From: an uncultured Candidatus Saccharibacteria bacterium
GTDB lineage: Bacteria; Patescibacteriota; WWE3; UBA101185; 2-01-FULL-41-18
Length of the DNA: 64,000 nt
Direction: 5' to 3'
NCBI GenBank assembly: GCA_964636285.1
Contig: CAZWQF010000003.1
Coordinates: 69,226 to 133,225, forward strand
Shown here: in pieces, positions 9,781 to 18,560 of the stretch
Numbering within the stretch: position 1 is the first letter of the stretch
Layout of the letters: every line of letters starts with the position of its first letter
Program-made: the position numbers and the translations under genes
Notes under the pieces: model-generated
The model's database searches: none
Seen by the model: only the letters and a program-made list of their open reading frames with translations
Told to the model about the DNA's origin: nothing

Positions 9781-12123
9781 CTAATCGTCCTCACCATCGG
9801 GGTATTTTGACTTCTTTGTAGGCGGATCGTATTGATCGTCGTCTTTGTATTTTTCTTCAACCCATTTGTCCACAAAAGGTTGCCACTCATCCTTCTCTGC
9901 CAAAATCTTTATGTAAGTCTTAGTTTTGGTTTTTTTATCCTCTCTACAAGCATCATTTGCAATTCTTCCATCCTTTTTACAAATCTCAAGCCTTAAATAC
10001 CAAGGGCTTTTTGTTGTTGGCTCAGTTCCTTTGACAAACTTCTCTGATCTTTTTGGATCATCGTCGCTATTTGGAAGCATGCCAGTGAGTTTGTCTACTT
10101 CGAGAGAAATAATATTTGATGGTTTTTCAAAAGGCTCATTCTTTGAATCTTTTAGATACTCCTTCATGACCTTATTCCAAATTGGTGCAGCTCCCGTAAT
10201 ACCTGATGCCAACGCCGGGTTCATTGGGGAATTGTTATTGTTACCAACCCAAACTCCTACTGCAATTGAAGGTGTAAATCCATATGTGTGGTTGTCCCTC
10301 TTGTCATCAGTAGTTCCTGTCTTAACCGCAACAGTGTGGCCAGGTATGTTCAATAGACTTCCTGCGCCAAAGGCTTCACTTCTTGCGCCGTCATCAGACA
10401 AAATGTCTGACAAAATATAGGCAACGTCTTCCGGCAAAGCTCTTTTTCCACCAGTGTCTCTCCACTTTTCTAAAGTGTTTCCTTTTGCGTCTTTAACCTC
10501 CAAAATCACAACAGGGTCCTTGTGCATTCCTTTATTTGCAAACGAAGAAAAAACGGAGGTCATATCCATTACTTTTGTTTCGCCACCTCCAAGAGTTAAA
10601 GAAAGTCCAAATCTACTTGGATCGTTAAGTGTTGTAATTCCAAGGTTATGTGCAAGATCTAACATTGAAGGAATCCCAATTATCCCAAGCGCCTTAACTG
10701 CAGGGATGTTAAGTGAATTCGCCAACGATCTTCTCATTGAAACAGGACCTCTAAACGAACCATCATAGTTCACTGGTTTATATGGCGCTCTTCCTTCGCC
10801 ATTTGAAAATTCTGTTGGCACGTCAATAAAAGTATAAGAGGCTGTGTAACCTTTCATGAGCATTGCTGCATATGTAATTGGCTTAATTGAGGAGCCAGGC
10901 TGTCTTTCTGCAATTGCAACGTTTGGGCTTGGTTCAAACACACAGCTATTTTCACCAGTTGTACCTGGATTACAGCCTTCAGGAGCAGGATCTCCAAAAT
11001 AATCCTTTGAGCCAACCATAGCTAGAACTTGACCTGTTTTTGGATCCATTGCAACCAGGGCTGCGTTACCCACCCCCAGTGATTTTGACTTTTCAACCTC
11101 TTCTTTAACAATCTTTTCTGCTGTTTGCTGCTTGTCCAAGTCAAGGGTAGTTATAACTTGGAGCCCATTACCTTCGATCACATCTTGACCGTATTTTTTG
11201 GCAATCATGTCTCTTACATAAAAGACAAAGTGCGGAGCTTGAATATTATGGTCTGCTTTTTTAAACACCATCTGCTCCTCTACAGCCTTTTGATACTCTT
11301 CCTCTGAAATAAAATGCCTCTGACCATCCTTTCCTACCCAGCCTCTTTCCCTCATAAGTTTTAGAACTGTTTTTCTTCTGTTAAGGCCTGCTTCCGGATC
11401 TGAACTGAATGGCGAATAGTATGTAGGGCTCTGAGGAAGTCCAGCCAGATATGCTGCTTCACCAAGTGTTAAATCTTTTGGATTCTTGCCAAAATACGAA
11501 TCCGTAGCTGAAAACACACCGTAGTTTTGACCGCCATATGGGCTTTCGTTTAGATAGAGCTGAAGGATTTCTTCTTTTGAATACCTATTTTCAATCTGAA
11601 GAGAAAGAACAAACTCTTTAATTTTTCTAGAGAGTGTTCTTTCTTGGGATAAAAGAGTGTTTTTAACAACCTGTTGAGTAATTGTGGAACCTCCCTGTAG
11701 ACCTTGCCCTCTAACTCTGTTCACAACAGCTCTTAAAATACCTGCCAAATAAAAACCGTTGTGCTGATAAAATGTTGCGTCTTCGGTTGCAAGAGTGGCG
11801 TTTAATAGGTCAACATCAAGATCTTCATATTTGACTAGAGTCCTGTTTTTTTCAGCAAAAACCTCATATAAAACCTTGCCATTTCTGTCTGTGATCCTTG
11901 TTGAAAGGTCCTTTACCCTGTCTGTGAGCTTATTTGGATCTGGTAAAAATGGTGAAATAGCCGCAAAAACAAATATGCTTGCAATGATCCCCACAACCAG
12001 AAGCGTAAGAGTAGTGGTGGCAAGATATGTTGCTACTACAAGAAGTTTTCGCCTTGCTCCTTTTCGTCTTGAAAAGTCTTTATAGAAGTGAGAATCCATC
12101 ACGGACTTTAAGTGCTTTTTCAT
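9781..12123 (-). CDS. Class A penicillin-binding protein (glycosyltransferase GT51 + transpeptidase)
   Basis: 780 aa with an N-terminal TM. GT51 motifs EDATFYQHNGF and GGSTITQQVVKN; transpeptidase motifs SxxK (GSSIKP), SLN and KTGT. Confidence 0.85.
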   Translation of the reverse strand: MKKHLKSVMDSHFYKDFSRRKGARRKLLVVATYLATTTLTLLVVGIIASIFVFAAISPFLPDPNKLTDRVKDLSTRITDRNGKVLYEVFAEKNRTLVKYEDLDVDLLNATLATEDATFYQHNGFYLAGILRAVVNRVRGQGLQGGSTITQQVVKNTLLSQERTLSRKIKEFVLSLQIENRYSKEEILQLYLNESPYGGQNYGVFSATDSYFGKNPKDLTLGEAAYLAGLPQSPTYYSPFSSDPEAGLNRRKTVLKLMRERGWVGKDGQRHFISEEEYQKAVEEQMVFKKADHNIQAPHFVFYVRDMIAKKYGQDVIEGNGLQVITTLDLDKQQTAEKIVKEEVEKSKSLGVGNAALVAMDPKTGQVLAMVGSKDYFGDPAPEGCNPGTTGENSCVFEPSPNVAIAERQPGSSIKPITYAAMLMKGYTASYTFIDVPTEFSNGEGRAPYKPVNYDGSFRGPVSMRRSLANSLNIPAVKALGIIGIPSMLDLAHNLGITTLNDPSRFGLSLTLGGGETKVMDMTSVFSSFANKGMHKDPVVILEVKDAKGNTLEKWRDTGGKRALPEDVAYILSDILSDDGARSEAFGAGSLLNIPGHTVAVKTGTTDDKRDNHTYGFTPSIAVGVWVGNNNNSPMNPALASGITGAAPIWNKVMKEYLKDSKNEPFEKPSNIISLEVDKLTGMLPNSDDDPKRSEKFVKGTEPTTKSPWYLRLEICKKDGRIANDACREDKKTKTKTYIKILAEKDEWQPFVDKWVEEKYKDDDQYDPPTKKSKYPDGEDD

Positions 12124-12183
12124 AAATGCCAGGTAAATTATATCAGGAAAAAGTATCTAGTTCCTAACAAGCTGCATGCTATA

Positions 12184-13395
12184 ATGCCTATAGTTATGGC
12201 AACAGTAAATACGGATCAAAAAAGAATAGATGAAGTACTTTCACGAGGCGTTGAAGACGTCATTGTAAGAGAGCATTTAAGAAAAGAAATGTTATCTGGA
12301 AGACAGCTTTCTATATACCTTGGAACTGATCCAACAGGGTCAGATTTGCATTTAGGCCACGCAACTATTCACAGAAAACTTAGAGATTTTCAAGATCTTG
12401 GACACAAAGTAACGCTTTTGGTAGGCGACTTTACTGTTTTAGTTGGGGACCATTCTGACAAGGACGACCAAAGGCTAGAAATTACAAGAAACCAAATTTC
12501 AGAAAACATGGAAAAATATAAAGAACAGTTTGGAAGAACTGTAGACGTTTCAAAAGTTGAGATTGTTCATAATTCAAGCTGGCTCTCCAAAATGGATTTT
12601 AATGATGTCATAGCATTAGCCAAAGTTTTCACACTTCAGCAAATGTCTGAAAGGGACGCATTTCAAAAACGAATAAAAGAGGGGAGGCCTGTTGGCTATG
12701 ATGAGCTTTTATACCCGTTAATGCAAGGATACGACGCTTACGCTCTGAAAACAGATATTCAAATAGGAGGGACTGATCAGCTATTTAATCTTCAAGCTGG
12801 AAGAAAAATCATGGAACATTTTGGAGTAAAGCCCCAGTCGATAATTACATGTCCGCTACTGGTTGGAAACGATGGAAGAAAAATGGGGAAGAGCTTTAAA
12901 AATTTTATTTCCATAAATTCCTCCGCTAAAGAAAAGTTTTTTGGAATTATGGGAATTGTAGATGAGATATTAATTGATTACTTTGTGAGCTTAACAAGAG
13001 TGCCAATGGAAGAAATTGCCGTAATGAGAAAGGGGCTTCAAGAGAATTCGGTCAATCCAATGGAATTAAAATTAAAATTAGCTCATGAGGTTACAGCATT
13101 TTTCCATAACGAGAAAGAAGCCTTAGAAGCAAGGGAAGCCTTCAAAAACGAAGTTCAAGAAGGAAATGCACCAATTGATATTGTAGAATATAAAGGAGCA
13201 GGACTTGTTGATTTTCCACAACTACTTGTTGACCTTGGACATACTAAAAGCAAAGGAGAGGCAAGAAGATTAGTTGAACAAAAGGGCGTTAGGATTAACG
13301 ATATAACAATAACCTTAGATGAGATCAAAGGTAAAGTGGAGATTAAAGAAGGTTTTGTTATTAACACAGGTAAAAAATTTGCTAGAATCGTCTAA
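12184..13395 (+). CDS. tyrS: Tyrosyl-tRNA synthetase
   Basis: HIGH motif (LHLGH), KMSKS motif (KMGKS) and a C-terminal S4 domain (GEARRLVEQKGVRIND). I chose the start at MPIVMATV to avoid overlapping the PBP gene; the ORF track opens at 12112. Confidence 0.78.
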   Translation: MPIVMATVNTDQKRIDEVLSRGVEDVIVREHLRKEMLSGRQLSIYLGTDPTGSDLHLGHATIHRKLRDFQDLGHKVTLLVGDFTVLVGDHSDKDDQRLEITRNQISENMEKYKEQFGRTVDVSKVEIVHNSSWLSKMDFNDVIALAKVFTLQQMSERDAFQKRIKEGRPVGYDELLYPLMQGYDAYALKTDIQIGGTDQLFNLQAGRKIMEHFGVKPQSIITCPLLVGNDGRKMGKSFKNFISINSSAKEKFFGIMGIVDEILIDYFVSLTRVPMEEIAVMRKGLQENSVNPMELKLKLAHEVTAFFHNEKEALEAREAFKNEVQEGNAPIDIVEYKGAGLVDFPQLLVDLGHTKSKGEARRLVEQKGVRINDITITLDEIKGKVEIKEGFVINTGKKFARIV

Positions 13396-13547
13396 GTTAT
13401 GTCAAGAATTTTAAAAACATTAAGAAAAAAGAAGCACATATGGACGATTATTACCGTGGTGGCTTCGTTGGCTCTGGTTTTGTCCTCAATTGCTCCAGCC
13501 TTACTCACAAGATAATAAGGACTTAGCTTTTTTGTTTAAGGGTAATA

Positions 13548-15596
13548 ATGGCTATAAATCAAAACTCACCGGTATCAATTCTTCCAAAAATCGGTCCGGT
13601 ATATTCGGATTTGCTCAAAAAATTGGGAATTTTTACTATCAAAGATTTAATTCTTCATTATCCGTTTAGATATGACGATTATTCAAATATAGTAGAGGCA
13701 AAAGATCTTAAGGAAGGCGAGCCTGTAACGGTAATTGGAGAAGTAACCTCTATTTCAAACGCTCTCACAAAAAATAGGAAAAAACTCACTCAAGTGTCAG
13801 TTAACGACGGAAGCGGAAAAGTAGCACACGCGGTATGGTTTAATCAGTTTTACATTTCGCAGAGCATAAAAAAGGGAGACAGAATTGCCATCTCAGGCAA
13901 ACCCCAATTCTTTGGGAATAAACTTGTCATTTCAAGTCCTGATTATGAAATTACTCACCAGGGAAGAGAACTAAAGCACACTGGGAGGCTTGTTCCTGTT
14001 TACCCTGAAACGGAAGGGCTCTCGTCAAAGTGGCTCAGAGGCAAAATTGATTTTTTACTCAGACAAAGTCTAATCAAACTTGACGACCCTATTCCTACAG
14101 AATTAATTAATAAAAATAATCTTACAGAACTAAATAAAGCGCTGGAGTACATACACTTTCCAGAGAACCAGATTGAAGCAACTAAGGCTTTTGAGAGGTT
14201 TTCATATCAGGAAATGTTTGAGACTCTTCTTGATTCGATATCAAAAAGAAACGAATGGAAAAAAAGAAAAGTTAACAGGATTTTAAATATTTCAAAAAGC
14301 GAGAATGTGAAAGAAAAGGTAGAGAATCTAATTGAAAAACTACCTTTCAAACTAACAAATTCGCAGAAAAAATCTCTAGAGGAAATTCTGAAAGACTTGG
14401 AGGGAGAGACACCAATGAACAGACTTTTGCAGGGAGATGTAGGATCGGGGAAAACTGTAATTGCACTTGTGGCATGTTACGCAGGGTTTTTGAATGGGGG
14501 ATCAAGCTATATTATGGCCCCAACTGAAATACTAGCAAAACAGCATTATGAAACTTTTAAGAAAATTCTTGAGCCGCTTGGTGTTGGAATTTCTCTAATA
14601 ACAGGCTCTATAAAAGAAAAAATTTCAGATATAAATATTGGAACCCACGCTCTCATCTATGACAAAACAGTAGATAAAAATATGTGCCTTGCGGTAATAG
14701 ATGAGCAGCATAAATTTGGCGTGGAACAGAGAGCAGAAATTGCAAAGAAAATAAATCAACTAAATCCTCATGTATTAACAATGACTGCAACGCCTATTCC
14801 AAGAACACTGGCTCTTACCATTTTAGGGGACCTTGAGCTTAGCTACTTGTCAGAAAAGCCAGCAGGTAGAGAAGAGGTTGCAACATGGGTAATATCCGAA
14901 GAAAAACGAATAGATGCCTACAAATGGCTCTGTAGCAAAATAGTTGAATCTGAATTTGAAGAACAGGCATTTGTTGTGTGTCCATTAATTGAAGAGTCTG
15001 AAAGTGAAACTTTGGCTGATGTCAAAGCCGCAACAAAAGAATTTGAACTTTTGTCTCAAACTGTTTTAAAAGACTTGAAGCTGGGACTCCTTCACGGAAG
15101 AATGCCCTCAAAAGACAAAGAAAAGGTGATTACAGACTTTAGAGATAAAAAAATTAATGTATTGGTAGCAACTCCTGTAATTGAAGTAGGAATTGATATT
15201 CCTGCATCTACTATTGTAGTAATTGAGGCAGCAGAGAGATTTGGGCTTGCTTCGCTCCATCAAATTAGAGGTAGAGTAGGTAGGGCAAATAAAAAGTCCT
15301 TTTGCATACTGGCTTCCACATCCAAAAACCCACAGGCAGTCAGTAGATTAAAGCTTCTTGAAACATACCATGACGGATTAAGGTTGGCGGAGGAGGACTT
15401 AAAGTTAAGGGGTCCTGGAGAGATTATGGGCAAGCTTCAGCATGGAAAACTTAAATTTAGATTTGCAGATATTACGGACATTGAATTTGTTAAGAAGGTT
15501 AAAAGTGATGTGGAGCAAATTTTGTGCGAGGAAAAAACTACAAAAGAAAGTAGTAGGCCAAAAACCAAGACCAAAGGCACTATTGCCTCCAACTAA
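13548..15596 (+). CDS. recG: ATP-dependent DNA helicase RecG
   Basis: 682 aa. N-terminal wedge/OB region, helicase motif I GDVGSGKTVIA, motif II DEQHKFG, C-terminal helicase motifs QIRGRVGR. Confidence 0.88.
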   Translation: MAINQNSPVSILPKIGPVYSDLLKKLGIFTIKDLILHYPFRYDDYSNIVEAKDLKEGEPVTVIGEVTSISNALTKNRKKLTQVSVNDGSGKVAHAVWFNQFYISQSIKKGDRIAISGKPQFFGNKLVISSPDYEITHQGRELKHTGRLVPVYPETEGLSSKWLRGKIDFLLRQSLIKLDDPIPTELINKNNLTELNKALEYIHFPENQIEATKAFERFSYQEMFETLLDSISKRNEWKKRKVNRILNISKSENVKEKVENLIEKLPFKLTNSQKKSLEEILKDLEGETPMNRLLQGDVGSGKTVIALVACYAGFLNGGSSYIMAPTEILAKQHYETFKKILEPLGVGISLITGSIKEKISDINIGTHALIYDKTVDKNMCLAVIDEQHKFGVEQRAEIAKKINQLNPHVLTMTATPIPRTLALTILGDLELSYLSEKPAGREEVATWVISEEKRIDAYKWLCSKIVESEFEEQAFVVCPLIEESESETLADVKAATKEFELLSQTVLKDLKLGLLHGRMPSKDKEKVITDFRDKKINVLVATPVIEVGIDIPASTIVVIEAAERFGLASLHQIRGRVGRANKKSFCILASTSKNPQAVSRLKLLETYHDGLRLAEEDLKLRGPGEIMGKLQHGKLKFRFADITDIEFVKKVKSDVEQILCEEKTTKESSRPKTKTKGTIASN

Positions 15597-15617
15597 AAAG
15601 TAGTAGTATTTCACTGT

Positions 15618-16175
15618 ATGTTAAGAGTTTCCGGGGGCTCAGCAAAAGGAAGAAAACTAGTGGTACCCTCAGTTCCAGGTATTAGGATTACCCAGGAAGT
15701 TGCCAGGGAAGCACTTTTTGCGATCTTAGGTGAGGAGATAAAAAATGCAGCATGCCTGGACCTTTACGCTGGATCAGGAAGTGTGGGGATTGAGGCTCTC
15801 AGCAGAGGAGCTTCCTGGTGTGATTTTGTGGACAATAATGAAGAATCCTATAAATCAGTTCATGAAAGCTTAAAATACTGCGGGCTTGAGATTTTTGCTC
15901 ATTTTTCCAAAGATGACGCTACAAAATACTGTGCCAACTGCACTAGAAAGTACAAATATGTCTTTATGGACCCATATTACGATCAGGCAATCCATAAGCA
16001 TATCTTCAAATTAATACCTAATTTGCTCGAAAAAGACGGGATTTTGGCCTTTTTTCACAGCAAAGACCTGAATGCAAAGGAGCTAACTTCAACTTCAATC
16101 CTTGAGGTTTACGATGAAAGATCCTACGGCGCCACGGTCATATCCTTCCTCAAAGTCAGAAAGTCCATAATATAG
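15618..16175 (+). CDS. rsmD: 16S rRNA (guanine966-N2)-methyltransferase RsmD
   Basis: 185 aa. RISGGxxKGRKL-type N-terminus (LRVSGGSAKGRKL), the SAM motif LDLYAGSGSVGIEALSRGA, and DPPY (MDPYY). Confidence 0.78.
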   Translation: MLRVSGGSAKGRKLVVPSVPGIRITQEVAREALFAILGEEIKNAACLDLYAGSGSVGIEALSRGASWCDFVDNNEESYKSVHESLKYCGLEIFAHFSKDDATKYCANCTRKYKYVFMDPYYDQAIHKHIFKLIPNLLEKDGILAFFHSKDLNAKELTSTSILEVYDERSYGATVISFLKVRKSII

Positions 16176-16237
16176 GTTATTTACAAAGAGAAACTCGAAT
16201 TGACATAATGGTGGAAAGTATTTAATATCCATTCGTT

Positions 16238-16393
16238 ATGTCGCCGTTACCAAAAAGAAAATTCAGTAAAGGAAGAACAAGAAGAAAGAGAAATGGCCAC
16301 TACAAGTTAGAGGTCGTTAATACTGTAGTGTGTAAGAACTGCAAGGCAGAAAAGCTTTCACACAAGGCTTGCCCAAATTGTGGCAAGAAGTAA
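16238..16393 (+). CDS. rpmF: 50S ribosomal protein L32
   Basis: Not in the ORF track because it is under 60 aa. Manual translation gives MSPLPKRKFSKGRTRRKRNGHYKLEVVNTVVCKNCKAEKLSHKACPNCGKK, which has the L32 signature (PKRKxSKxRxxxRR plus a CxxC...CxxC zinc ribbon). Confidence 0.75.
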   Translation: MSPLPKRKFSKGRTRRKRNGHYKLEVVNTVVCKNCKAEKLSHKACPNCGKK

Positions 16394-16396
16394 ATT

Positions 16397-16819
16397 ATGC
16401 CAGTAAATCCTGACCCAAGACACCAAGCCAGGAGGGTTGCTCTTTCTACCATCTTTGGTTGGTCCTTCATGTCCTCAGCTAATGAGGACCCGATGGGACT
16501 TGCAAAAGAGGGGCTAGAAGTTGAGAAATACGATGAGGAGCTTGCACAGCTTCTGGTAAAAGGCGTTGAGGATAACATTGACAACATAGACAAGATTGTT
16601 TCGCAGGCGGCTCCTGAGTGGCCAATCGACAAAATCCCCAAGATTGACCTTGTGGCTTTAAGAATAGCTATATTCGAGCTTTTAATTGCAAAAAATACAC
16701 CACCAAAAGTGGCCATTGACGAGGCCATTGAGCTGGCAAAGGAGTTTGGAAACGATTCTTCGAGTAAATTCGTTAATGGAGTATTAGGTACAATTGCTAA
16801 GGAGTATAAAATATCATGA
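16397..16819 (+). CDS. nusB: Transcription antitermination factor NusB
   Basis: 140 aa. [12 protein letters not shown] and [27 protein letters not shown] match the NusB N- and C-terminal signatures. Confidence 0.72.
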   Translation: MPVNPDPRHQARRVALSTIFGWSFMSSANEDPMGLAKEGLEVEKYDEELAQLLVKGVEDNIDNIDKIVSQAAPEWPIDKIPKIDLVALRIAIFELLIAKNTPPKVAIDEAIELAKEFGNDSSSKFVNGVLGTIAKEYKIS

Positions 16820-17061
16820 GTGACATCAAAAAAACATTCGAACTAATTATCAATACTATTTCGGAAAAAACAGGGGTAGAGAAGAGGGAAATCAAGCCTG
16901 AATCCTTTTTTATGGATGATTTAAACATTGACGAAATGGAACTTGCAGAAATCGTAGCGGAGATTGAAGAAAAGCTAGAGATTGAGCTTGATTTGGATGA
17001 TGTAGATGAATTAAAGACTGTTGGAGACCTTTTACATACAGTTCAGGAAGCTACTGAATAA
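16816..17061 (+). CDS. Acyl carrier protein homologue lacking the phosphopantetheine-attachment serine (DSL replaced by DEM)
   Basis: 81 aa acidic four-helix pattern that aligns to ACP ([27 protein letters not shown] against F.[25 protein letters not shown]). It sits in the ancestral rpmF...acpP...rnc position. Confidence 0.6.
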   Translation: MSDIKKTFELIINTISEKTGVEKREIKPESFFMDDLNIDEMELAEIVAEIEEKLEIELDLDDVDELKTVGDLLHTVQEATE

Positions 17062-17080
17062 GACGTTTGCTTGCTAATTT

Positions 17081-17770
17081 ATGGATTTTGAAAAACTTGA
17101 AAATTTGCTTGGACTTAAATTTACAAATCAAGAGCTTGTAAAAACCGCTTTCACACATAGATCCTACTTGAACGAACATCACGATTACAAAAATCCTTCA
17201 AACGAAAGGCTTGAGTTTTTAGGGGATGCTGTTTTGCAGTTTTTATCCTCTGAGCATTTATATCAAACATACACAACGCAGCCTGAGGGAACACTCACAA
17301 ATTACAGGGCGGCTCTTGTGTGCACCACTTCCTTAGCAGAAGAATCCAGAAAAATGGGCTTTGGAGAGTTTTTGCTACTATCGAATGGGGAAGAGGCTTC
17401 AGGGGGTAGGGGTAGAGAATATATCTTAGCAAATACATTTGAGGCAGTACTTGGGCTGATTTACCTTGAACTTGGGATTGATACGTGCAGAGAGTACCTA
17501 AAGAAAAATCTATTCTACAAGGTACAAGGGATTGTGGATGAGCATAAGTATAAGGACTTTAAATCAGGCTTTCAGGAAGCTGCCCAGGCTAAATATGGGG
17601 TGACCCCTTCTTACCGAGTAATTGAGGATTGGGGACCTGATCACAACAAGACTTTTAAGGTAGGGGTATTTGTAAACGACAAGCAGCTTGGAGTAGGGGA
17701 AGGATCAAGTAAACAGAGGGCAGAACAGTCAGCTGCAAAAAACGGCATGGATAACATAAGGAACAATTAA
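17081..17770 (+). CDS. rnc: Ribonuclease III
   Basis: 229 aa with the RNase III signature ERLEFLGDAVLQ and a C-terminal dsRBD. Confidence 0.9.
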   Translation: MDFEKLENLLGLKFTNQELVKTAFTHRSYLNEHHDYKNPSNERLEFLGDAVLQFLSSEHLYQTYTTQPEGTLTNYRAALVCTTSLAEESRKMGFGEFLLLSNGEEASGGRGREYILANTFEAVLGLIYLELGIDTCREYLKKNLFYKVQGIVDEHKYKDFKSGFQEAAQAKYGVTPSYRVIEDWGPDHNKTFKVGVFVNDKQLGVGEGSSKQRAEQSAAKNGMDNIRNN

Positions 17771-17789
17771 TTACCCTTCAAATAAACTG

Positions 17790-17818
17790 TTGAATATTAA
17801 CTCCGTTTAATCTTTAAT
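17790..17818 (+). promoter_or_regulatory. candidate sigma70-like promoter for the first pilus-associated cassette
   Basis: TTGAAT, a 17-nt spacer, then TTTAAT, ending about 7 nt before the ATG at 17826. This would give a leaderless or near-leaderless transcript. The -10 element is weak. Confidence 0.3.
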
Positions 17819-17825
17819 AGTAGGG

Positions 17826-18560
17826 ATGCCTAAGCTTAAGGTTCTTACTGTTTTAATTATTTTAATTACACTCATTTTTGGTGCATTTTTGTACTTTAAA
17901 AAAAATAAAACCCTTGAAATCAAAAAAGTCTTCTCAGAAAAGATAAATCTTTTGTCAAATAGTGATTTCATAAACATTGAAAACAAACTCACAAAAACCG
18001 CGTCTAGAAAATTATTGAATTGTGAAACAACAGAATACTGGGGTGAAATTGGAGAGGTTGCAAACATTGGAGACGTAACAAATGAATCTTTTGAATTTAT
18101 ACAAGATAACAAAGTATTGACCTTTTTGACTTCTATGTGTTCAATGCAAATAGATCAGAGTTCCAGCTCTGCAAAGTTTGAACCAAAGACTGGGGAAACA
18201 GTAGCTATCGAATTATATAAATGCAAAGATCCTGAATGGTACAATTCTTCATGTAACGTTATGAGAAAATTTAAGGTTGAAAAAGTAGAAGAACGTAGGT
18301 TATGGGTCTCTGAAAAAAATGTGAATCTTATTATCGATCTAGAACCTAATTTTTTATTAAAAGCGTATTCAATAAACAAGGGAGTAGCTGAAAATGAGGC
18401 TGTGATATCAGAATTAAGCATGTATTCTATGCAACTTGAAAAATGGGGAGCTTTATTTTTTAGATCCGAAGACTTAGAACCCACTAAATCAGCCACAAAC
18501 CTAGAGCATTTGAGAATTAGGAATAACTTTCCAAGGGTTTATCTTAAAACGATACTATGA
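17826..18560 (+). CDS. N-terminally membrane-anchored protein, first gene of cassette A
   Basis: 244 aa, MPK plus one TM helix followed by a roughly 210-aa extracytoplasmic domain. Its stop overlaps the start of the next gene (ATGA). Confidence 0.5.
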   Translation: MPKLKVLTVLIILITLIFGAFLYFKKNKTLEIKKVFSEKINLLSNSDFINIENKLTKTASRKLLNCETTEYWGEIGEVANIGDVTNESFEFIQDNKVLTFLTSMCSMQIDQSSSSAKFEPKTGETVAIELYKCKDPEWYNSSCNVMRKFKVEKVEERRLWVSEKNVNLIIDLEPNFLLKAYSINKGVAENEAVISELSMYSMQLEKWGALFFRSEDLEPTKSATNLEHLRIRNNFPRVYLKTIL

